The notes below the pieces were generated by a model. It saw only the letters and a list, made by a program, of their open reading frames with translations, was not told where the DNA came from and did not search any database. DNA of 8,012 nucleotides, taken from contig SUPR01000128.1 of NCBI GenBank assembly GCA_005191425.1, positions 1 to 8,012 of the forward strand. Direction: 5' to 3'. Numbering within the stretch: the first letter of the stretch is position 1; each line of letters opens with the position of its first letter. The DNA comes from Candidatus Helarchaeota ASGARD archaeon Hel_GB_B. GTDB lineage: Archaea > Asgardarchaeota > Lokiarchaeia > Helarchaeales > HEL-GB-B. Below, piece by piece: positions 1 through 6,273 of the stretch. The translations under genes were made by a program, and so were the position numbers.

Positions 1-244
1 CATTATTGTTTTCATCTATTTCGAACAATTTTAATACTAATGCCCCGGTATGGCATTCTGATGCACATTCAATACATTCATTATCATGAGAAAAAATATA
101 TTCAGCACATTTTACTCGGTCTACGATTACTTCTCCTACTCCAAAAATTATTGCTTGTACCGGACATGCTCGAACACAAGCCCGACATTTATGACAAACT
201 TCCACTAGTTTTAATACGGGTGAATAAAATTTCTTTGATGGCAT
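1..244 (-). CDS. 2x[4Fe-4S] dicluster ferredoxin-like protein (3' end runs off the window; absent from the ORF track)
   Basis: Manual translation from the ATG at 244 (-): MPSKKFYSPVLKLVEVCHKCRACVRACPVQAIIFGVGEVIVDRVKCAEYIFSHDNECIECASECHTGALVLKLFEIDENNN..., open to the window edge. It has a canonical CxxCxxCxxxCP (C17,C20,C23,C27) and a second C-x10-CxxCxxxC-xTGAL motif (C46,C57,C60,C64). It starts 20 nt after the stop of the 265..705 gene on the same strand. Confidence 0.9.
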   Translation of the reverse strand, partial: MPSKKFYSPVLKLVEVCHKCRACVRACPVQAIIFGVGEVIVDRVKCAEYIFSHDNECIECASECHTGALVLKLFEIDENNN

Positions 245-264
245 TGAAATTTAAAAAAATAAAA

Positions 265-705
265 TTATTTATTTATTTTTTGGTTTATGATTTTCTCTGT
301 TTCTAAATGATCTAAAATTTTCGTGAAAATTCTAATATCCTCATTGATTAACTCTCTTTTATAAGGTCTATAAGTAGGGATATTCAAAATAGTGCCACTA
401 ATAAATAATATTCTCTGTTTTAATTTTTTATTTTTTGATTTTTCAAACTTGAATTCTTTAACTTTTTTAGAATCTGGGTGTTGATGTATTATTACCAAAG
501 TCTTTTCATCATGTTCTAAAAAGTCTAAAATTTTAGATAATTCTTTGAGATTCAATTCAATATGTAGACCTTCATCAAGTTTTTCCCAATTGTTGTCATC
601 TTTTTTCCTAATAAAATTGAAGTGGACTTTATCATCATAACTATGGGTTAGGATTATTAGTGCCTCATTCATACCAAAAAATGAAAAATTGTGATGTTCA
701 GTCAT
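265..705 (-). CDS. Hypothetical 146-aa protein, possibly a Whirly/PC4-like single-stranded nucleic-acid-binding fold
   Basis: Clean ATG-to-TAA ORF. The pattern of beta strands, then F-I-R-K-K-x4-W-E-K, a strand and the helix LNLKELSKILDFL, followed by a second strand set and a C-terminal helix, recalls the (beta4-alpha)x2 layout of Whirly/PC4-type proteins. Lys-rich segment KSKNKKLKQR. The CDS itself is well supported; the fold assignment is pattern-level only. Confidence 0.55.
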   Translation of the reverse strand: MTEHHNFSFFGMNEALIILTHSYDDKVHFNFIRKKDDNNWEKLDEGLHIELNLKELSKILDFLEHDEKTLVIIHQHPDSKKVKEFKFEKSKNKKLKQRILFISGTILNIPTYRPYKRELINEDIRIFTKILDHLETEKIINQKINK

Positions 706-726
706 TTTTAACCCATTTTATTTATC

Positions 727-734
727 TATTTAAA
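727..734 (-). promoter_or_regulatory. Candidate archaeal TATA box (TTTAAATA) for the 265..705 / ferredoxin unit
   Basis: TTTAAATA on the minus strand lies 22-29 nt upstream of the ATG at 705, which would fit a near-leaderless archaeal transcript. There is no convincing purine-rich BRE and the background is very AT-rich, so support is weak. Confidence 0.3.
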
Positions 735-946
735 CAAAATATTTATCAGATATTAAATTGTAATTATTATCCTTAAATATTAACTTTTTAACAATTTTAA
801 ATAAATACTATTAAAAATCTTTTTTGTCTATTTAAATAAGTGTTAATGAAAATTATTAGAAATTAAATTAAAGATATTTAAAAACAAATTAAAAAAATGT
901 ACCATTTTCTATCTTCTTAATACATTTTAAATTTCAAGTGATCTAT

Positions 947-1489
947 ATGAAAAAAATAAAACCAGGTGTTTATCCTAAAGAGTTTGAGAAATATATAACA
1001 TTAAAAGACGGAACAAAAGTATTTATTCGTCCAATAAAGCCTTCAGATAGGGATATATGGGTAGAATTTTATTTAAGTTTGAGTAAATTATCAAAATATT
1101 ATAGATTTTTTAGTACCAGACCTACTCCAAATGAAAAGATGATTAAACAGTATACTCAAATTGATTATGTAAATAATTTTGCATTAATTGCAATAATAAC
1201 AGAAAATGGTAAAGAAAAAATGATTGGGGTAGTGAGATATGTTTTAGTACCCGAGGAAGATGGTGCAGAATTGGCGATAGTTATTGCTGATGAGTGGCAA
1301 GGTAAAGGATTAGGCACTAAATTATTGTTATTAATATTAGATATAATAATTAAACGTAGAATCTCAAAAGTTTTAGGTGATGTCTTCTTAGACAATGATA
1401 AAATGATGAGAATAATGAAAGAAAGTGGTTTTAAATTAGTTTCTATAAATGAAGCGGGGATCAAACATTTCGAAATTAATTTAAAATAA
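947..1489 (+). CDS. Stand-alone GNAT N-acetyltransferase, Pat/PatZ-type protein lysine acetyltransferase domain
   Basis: YPxxxE...LKDGxxVxIRPIxPxD, LSxxSxYYRFF, AELAIVIADEW, acetyl-CoA-binding motif A QGKGLGTKLL (nt 1298-1327) and motif B NDKMMRIMKESGF all match the GNAT domain of Pat-type acetyltransferases. ATG 947 is preferred over the track's GTG 938 because GTGAT at 938-942 looks like the SD site. Confidence 0.88.
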   Translation: MKKIKPGVYPKEFEKYITLKDGTKVFIRPIKPSDRDIWVEFYLSLSKLSKYYRFFSTRPTPNEKMIKQYTQIDYVNNFALIAIITENGKEKMIGVVRYVLVPEEDGAELAIVIADEWQGKGLGTKLLLLILDIIIKRRISKVLGDVFLDNDKMMRIMKESGFKLVSINEAGIKHFEINLK

Positions 1490-1495
1490 TTTTTT
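1490..1495 (+). terminator. Possible archaeal oligo-T terminator after the GNAT gene
   Basis: T6 run immediately after the TAA at 1487-1489. T runs are common in this AT-rich DNA. Confidence 0.3.
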
Positions 1496-1652
1496 GGATA
1501 ATTTGCTCATTTTATGGTGAAAAAATAAATTCGAATTATTTAAATTAGAGAAATTATAATCTAGATATAGATAAAAAAAATAAAATCAAAAATCGGTTTT
1601 TCAAATTAAATTTCTAATAATTATTAAAAATTTATTCTTAAACTAATTATGT

Positions 1653-1657
1653 GGTGA
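1653..1657 (+). promoter_or_regulatory. Shine-Dalgarno site GGTGA of the zinc-finger gene
   Basis: GGTGA lies 10 nt upstream of ATG 1668 and is the typical archaeal SD core. Confidence 0.6.
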
Positions 1658-1667
1658 AATCTAGATT

Positions 1668-2048
1668 ATGACATGTCCTCGTTGCGGAAAGGATACTCCG
1701 AAAGATTCATTTTGTTCAATAGAGTGTATGAAATTATATAATGGGAAACAAATTAACGAAGAAGAGGAATTAAAAAGAAGATATGAAATGCTTGATGAAC
1801 TTACAAATGATTTTAATAATTGTCCATTTTGTAATGTAAAACTAAGACTTTCTAAGCCAAAAAGTTCTGATAAAGATGAACATTTATTAGAACGAAACAA
1901 ATATTGCCCAAGGTGTTATCGAGTATTTGGATATATGATCAGTTCAGGAGAAGATAATATATGGACATTCATGAAGATACCATTTGAAGATGCAAAAAAG
2001 ATTCTTAAAGAAATGAAAGATATTTTAAATCCTGAATTAGTCGAATGA
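1668..2048 (+). CDS. Small double zinc-finger protein: N-terminal treble-clef (DUF2116/zf-FCS/YacG-like) plus C-terminal C4 zinc ribbon
   Basis: C3-x2-C6-x9-C16-x3-C20 with the FCSxxC signature (CPRCGKDTPKDSFCSIEC), a charged helical linker (EEEELKRRYEMLDEL), then C52-x2-C55-x24-C80-x2-C83. Good SD and ATG start. Confidence 0.8.
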   Translation: MTCPRCGKDTPKDSFCSIECMKLYNGKQINEEEELKRRYEMLDELTNDFNNCPFCNVKLRLSKPKSSDKDEHLLERNKYCPRCYRVFGYMISSGEDNIWTFMKIPFEDAKKILKEMKDILNPELVE

Positions 2049-2054
2049 TAATCG

Positions 2055-2060
2055 TTTTTT
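2055..2060 (+). terminator. Possible oligo-T terminator after the zinc-finger gene
   Basis: T6 run 6 nt after the TGA at 2046-2048. Weak in this base composition. Confidence 0.25.
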
Positions 2061-2110
2061 ATGTATAATATATAATTAGTTTTCAATTTTTAGATTATTT
2101 GGTAATTAGG

Positions 2111-4522
2111 ATGTATTTTTTAATAAATTTTATTTTAATAATCATAGAATTTATGCTAATTATATTTTTAGGCTATTTATTTTTACCTAAAATATTAGAA
2201 CATTTGTTTAAAAACCATACTGGCACATATATTTATAAAAAAAAGGATTTTAGAGCACCAACGCCAGAAATTTCAACGCAATTAGAAATACCTGAACTGA
2301 TTATTGACAAAAAAACAGGTACATATTCAGTTCAATTTGGTGTTGATCGTAAATTAGAGAACGGTATAGTCCGAATTTATTTTAATGACCAATGGTATTC
2401 ATCAAATCCTTTAAGTAACGAGAAACAGTTAATCTTAAAAAAGGTAGACGAAAATATTGGCATTGATAAATTAGGAAAATATAAGATTACATCAATTGAA
2501 TGGCAACTAGGGACAAAACCAGAAAAAATTTTAACAAATTTTTATTATTACAATAAAAAACCATATATTATATTTGAACAAAAATTTTTGGCTGAATTAA
2601 AGACGGGAATTAATAAATTTAATATTCCAATTACACAGTTTCCATGTTTTAAAAATGAAAGCCCGAACAAAAAGCGTTTTTTATTTAAAAATAGAATATT
2701 CAGTCCACCATCTTCAAAAAAAAATCCCACATCAGGCCCAATACTCTATTATGATGATAAATTACAGGGATTTATAATTTCATCATTGAATAATTTTCTT
2801 GTTAACATTATAAATGAAATGGGGGCAGATAATTATATTTCATGTGGATTAGAAGGAGAAATTGAAAAAATACCAGAAAATTATTCTCAGAAATTTATTT
2901 TGTATTTTGGAACAGGTATTAATAATATATTTGAGAAGTGGGGAGATATTCTGTTAAAATATTATGATAGAAAGAGAGCTGGACTCTATGATAACCCAAT
3001 TATTTCATTTTTAGGCTATTGGACTGATAATGGTGCATATTATTATTACAAGACGATGAAAGGTAAAAATTATCAAGAGACTTTAGAAGCTTTATCAGAA
3101 TATTTTAAACGTGAGAAAATTCCAATTAGGTATTTTCAACTTGATTCATGGAGTTATAAGAAATCTTGGGCACCACCGATACCTCTTAGTCTTGTAATAT
3201 TAATGAATGGTATAATAGATTGGAGTCCAAATTTAAAACATTTCCCTGATTTTAAAAGATTCCAAAAGAATATTGGAAATATGCCAATTGCATGTCATTC
3301 AAGATATTTCAACCCAAAAAATGTATATATAAAAAATTATAAATTCTTTTTTTCAGATAGTAAATTAAATAAATGGGTATTACCAGCAGAAATTGGGGTA
3401 TGGGATAAGATGCTGTCTGAAGCCAAAAAGAATAATATTGTATTATATGAACAAGACTGGATGAAAAACCAATTTTCTCGATTTAAAATACTTAGAAATA
3501 ATGTTTATCAGGCTAGAAAATGGTTATTGGATATGAATGAATCTGCAATTAAAAATGATATTTGGATTCAATATTGTATGGCAACTCCATCTATGATTTT
3601 GCAAACGCTTGAATGTAATAGAGTTTCATTTGTAAGGACAGGAAATGATTATAATGCTCGGTTTCCATTAAATTTATATTTCCCCCATAATAGTGAAACC
3701 GCAATATTGGCTTATTCAATTGGTATTTTACCATTCATAGATTGTTTTATTTCTAATAATAACCAAGGACCTTTTTATAAATCACCATTTCCAGAGTTAT
3801 TAGCGGTCCAAGCTATAATGAGTTGTGGGCCTGTTGGTCCAGGAGACAGAATTAATTATTTAAATAAAGACCTACTTATGAAAACATGTAGAAATGATGG
3901 ACTCTTATTAAAGCCGGATAAGCCTGCTACACCCATTGACTTAATGTTTAAAAGACACTCTACATATTATATTACAAAAACTTATAGCAATAAAAATAAT
4001 AATAGGTGGTACTATTGTCAAATAGTGAATATCTGGCCAAAACGAGCTAAAAACAAAAGTTTCTCATTAAAAGACCTTAATATACCCGAACCCAGACTTG
4101 TTTATGATTTTTGGGATAAAAAAATAACAAAATTATCTAATGACCAGAATATAACTCTAAATTTGAAAAAGAATGAAAGCAAATTACTGATTTTTGCACC
4201 TTTGTTTGACGATAAAATTGCAGTAATTGGAAATCCAGAAAAATTTATAACATGTTCAAATACGCAATTTCCTGAAATTACATATAAAGATAAAATGTTG
4301 AGTATTCAGATAAAAGATGTCCGAGACAGTATTTTATCGGTTAAAATTTATTCAGAACTCAAGCCAGAGAAAATAATATTGGATGATATTCAGTTAGACA
4401 TATTACATATTACTGAACAGAGTATTTCAAGTTATATTTACGATGAAAATACTAATTTAATACTTATAAAAATATTTTTTGGAAAAAACGATACAAAAAA
4501 TCTGAAATTATTTTTCAATTAA
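2111..4522 (+). CDS. Membrane-anchored glycoside hydrolase-like protein, (beta/alpha)8 clan GH-D-like (GH27/31/36/raffinose-synthase-related), uncharacterised family
   Basis: About 25 hydrophobic N-terminal residues (YFLINFILIIIEFMLIIFLGYLFLP) form one TM helix. Conserved-looking blocks: GYWTDNGAYYYY (3014-3049), IPIRYFQLDSW, CHSRYF, YEQDW (D453, 3455-3457), QYCM, RTGNDY (D517, 3647-3649), GPVGPGD, CRNDGLLLKPDKPATPID. Beta-rich N- and C-terminal flanks. ATG 2111 is preferred over the track's TTG 2099. Confidence 0.75.
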   Translation: MYFLINFILIIIEFMLIIFLGYLFLPKILEHLFKNHTGTYIYKKKDFRAPTPEISTQLEIPELIIDKKTGTYSVQFGVDRKLENGIVRIYFNDQWYSSNPLSNEKQLILKKVDENIGIDKLGKYKITSIEWQLGTKPEKILTNFYYYNKKPYIIFEQKFLAELKTGINKFNIPITQFPCFKNESPNKKRFLFKNRIFSPPSSKKNPTSGPILYYDDKLQGFIISSLNNFLVNIINEMGADNYISCGLEGEIEKIPENYSQKFILYFGTGINNIFEKWGDILLKYYDRKRAGLYDNPIISFLGYWTDNGAYYYYKTMKGKNYQETLEALSEYFKREKIPIRYFQLDSWSYKKSWAPPIPLSLVILMNGIIDWSPNLKHFPDFKRFQKNIGNMPIACHSRYFNPKNVYIKNYKFFFSDSKLNKWVLPAEIGVWDKMLSEAKKNNIVLYEQDWMKNQFSRFKILRNNVYQARKWLLDMNESAIKNDIWIQYCMATPSMILQTLECNRVSFVRTGNDYNARFPLNLYFPHNSETAILAYSIGILPFIDCFISNNNQGPFYKSPFPELLAVQAIMSCGPVGPGDRINYLNKDLLMKTCRNDGLLLKPDKPATPIDLMFKRHSTYYITKTYSNKNNNRWYYCQIVNIWPKRAKNKSFSLKDLNIPEPRLVYDFWDKKITKLSNDQNITLNLKKNESKLLIFAPLFDDKIAVIGNPEKFITCSNTQFPEITYKDKMLSIQIKDVRDSILSVKIYSELKPEKIILDDIQLDILHITEQSISSYIYDENTNLILIKIFFGKNDTKNLKLFFN

Positions 4523-4641
4523 CTCAAATAAATATGTCTATGATTTTTAACAAGATTACTAATTAAACGGAATAAAAATTCTGGCAGAAAAATTGAAAAT
4601 TATATTTAAATAATTAATGAATGAAAAAATAAAACTAAAAT

Positions 4642-6273
4642 TTAGCTTTTTACGAATTCATCTTTAGCGCGTTTAAATTCTCCATGCAACATATTACAAG
4701 ATAGCATGTCTTCTAATGCTTCAATTATTATATTTCTATCAACTTTTAAAATATCAATCATTGTTTTAATGGACAAAGGATTATATTCTCTTGTTAAATT
4801 AAGTATCTGTCTATAGAATTGGTCTTTACTAACAATTTCTTCTTTACTATCATTAATAATAATAGTTAGGCCATAGCGTTTCTTAATTTCGGGTAATAAC
4901 TCTTTTACCATAAATTTAGATATTTTTAGTTTATGCGCTATTTCTTCAAAACTCAAATTTTGTTCAGACTTACATAAGGAGACAATTTGATTGATAATGT
5001 TTTCCATATAAATAGTAAGTTCATTATATTTAGGTGTGTCGCCCTCAATTTTCCATGAGACTGTATAATATCCCGATGCTGCGCCATAATTTAAATTTTT
5101 TAATTTGAATATTTTAAATCCAGGATTATTTTCACTTAAGTCGGTAAAATCAAACACTAAAGCAATAGCTTTTGGATTTACTGATTGATATCCTAAGTGG
5201 TTAACTATATCGGTGTGGGAAAGAAAAAGCCCAATACCAGGATGACTGTGATACCATCCGATTATAAATAAATTTTTAGAAGCAGCTAAACCATCAATTT
5301 CGGCGGCTTTAGCATAATGTTTATTTTCAAATTTAACCTCATATTTTGAGCCGGAAGTAATTGGAATAGCATCAGTAATATAAACATTATCACCTTCAAT
5401 TTTTCCAATTAATAAGCCGTATATCTCTTTCCAATCAACTCTTGGGATGTTTCTATTAGCATAAAAAAGAGCATGTAAAGCGATAGTTAAATAAGAAGTA
5501 TTTCGTATTTTTATAATTCCTTTCTCTTCGCCTGTTTGGTAATACATTTGTTCTCCTGGAAAATATTTATGAAATACATTATAAAATAGAGTCATAATTT
5601 GAGCTTGAAGCCCAGTAGACCGTGCCGAAAATAATGGTGCATTTGGTTCTATTTTATTTTTTAGTATATTTAATGCTTCATCATGATTTTTCTTAATTAC
5701 ATGAATCCCAAAAATCGATGTTAATGCACCTATTTCCTGTGGGGATTCCGAATCATGAGCGATTTTTGCAGATTGTTGAATAAAATTTATAGCTTTATTT
5801 TCATTCCCAGTCATTAAGAAACATAAAGCACATAAAGAATAATCTAATACAATCTGATTATTGATATATTTCTTTATTAACTCGTCTTCCATCTCTAAAA
5901 TTTTAACAAGGTACTCTAGTCCAATAGTAAAAAATTTTGTAGATGATTCATAATCATCAAGTGCTGTAATTGCTATAGCTATATCCTCACAACATGCTAC
6001 AATATTATGAAATAAAGACTTTTTATCATTAATTTCTGGCTCAACTTCTAAATAACAATCTATTGCTTTTTGATAATATATAACAGCCCTATCAAAATTA
6101 CCCATTTCAGTATATAAAGTTGCTGCATTAATATAGCAATTTGCTGCATCTTCAAGAAAAATAGAACCATCTAATTTGTACGCGTCAGCTGCTTGAATAT
6201 AAAATTTAATTGCTTCTTCATAATTTCCCTCGTTTAATGATTTATTTGCTGCCGATTCTAATGATTCTGCCAT
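4642..6273 (-). CDS. Multidomain alpha-SNAP/TPR-like repeats + JAMM/MPN+ metalloisopeptidase (Rpn11/CSN5-like) + tandem winged-helix (PCI-like) protein
   Basis: aa 9-215 form helical repeats (EEAIKFYIQAADAYK, DAANCYINAATLYTEMGNF). aa ~260-415 form the MPN domain, with EIYGLLIG (E291, nt 5425-5427) and GWYHSHPGIGLFLSHTD = H-x-H-x7-S-x2-D (H350, H352, S360, D363; nt 5209-5250). aa ~430-551 contain two WH-like units. ATG 6273, preceded by AAGGT, is preferred over the track's TTG 6297. Confidence 0.88.
   Translation of the reverse strand: MAESLESAANKSLNEGNYEEAIKFYIQAADAYKLDGSIFLEDAANCYINAATLYTEMGNFDRAVIYYQKAIDCYLEVEPEINDKKSLFHNIVACCEDIAIAITALDDYESSTKFFTIGLEYLVKILEMEDELIKKYINNQIVLDYSLCALCFLMTGNENKAINFIQQSAKIAHDSESPQEIGALTSIFGIHVIKKNHDEALNILKNKIEPNAPLFSARSTGLQAQIMTLFYNVFHKYFPGEQMYYQTGEEKGIIKIRNTSYLTIALHALFYANRNIPRVDWKEIYGLLIGKIEGDNVYITDAIPITSGSKYEVKFENKHYAKAAEIDGLAASKNLFIIGWYHSHPGIGLFLSHTDIVNHLGYQSVNPKAIALVFDFTDLSENNPGFKIFKLKNLNYGAASGYYTVSWKIEGDTPKYNELTIYMENIINQIVSLCKSEQNLSFEEIAHKLKISKFMVKELLPEIKKRYGLTIIINDSKEEIVSKDQFYRQILNLTREYNPLSIKTMIDILKVDRNIIIEALEDMLSCNMLHGEFKRAKDEFVKS

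Noticed and set aside
40-306. 88-aa plus-strand ORF in the track
   Set aside because: Antisense shadow of the ferredoxin gene, which has clear Cys motifs, and it overlaps the end of the 265..705 gene. No recognisable motif.
706-937. Long AT-only stretch with repeated TATTTAAA words, considered as a replication origin or repeat array
   Set aside because: No ORB-like G-string boxes, no regular repeat-spacer periodicity and no adjacent cdc6/orc1. An ordinary divergent promoter region explains it.
938-946. GTG start for the GNAT gene (and likewise TTG 2099 and TTG 6297 for the glycosidase and JAMM genes)
   Set aside because: In each case an in-frame ATG follows within 3-8 codons, and for the GNAT and JAMM genes the extra segment contains the SD-like sequence. 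The longer starts are probably ORF-finder extensions, though not excluded.
1165-1464. 99-aa minus-strand ORF
   Set aside because: Lies entirely antisense within the well-supported GNAT gene. Its hydrophobic Ile/Leu/Ser bias is typical of reverse-frame shadows in AT-rich DNA.
1661-1900. 79-aa minus-strand ORF
   Set aside because: Antisense to the zinc-finger gene, which has an SD site and two coherent Cys clusters. Ser/Phe-rich shadow composition.
1668-2048. Zinc-finger protein as a RING-type E3 ligase partnering the JAMM protein
   Set aside because: The Cys spacing gives two sequential C4 sites, not a cross-brace C3HC4/C3H2C3 RING pattern.
2548-2730. 60-aa minus-strand ORF
   Set aside because: Nested antisense within the 2.4-kb glycosidase gene, with no independent evidence.
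4523-4641. Possible hairpin terminator between the convergent genes (TTCTG-G-CAGAA; TATTTAAATA)
   Set aside because: Only a 5-bp stem with a 1-nt loop, or a pure A/T palindrome, so not stable and expected by chance.
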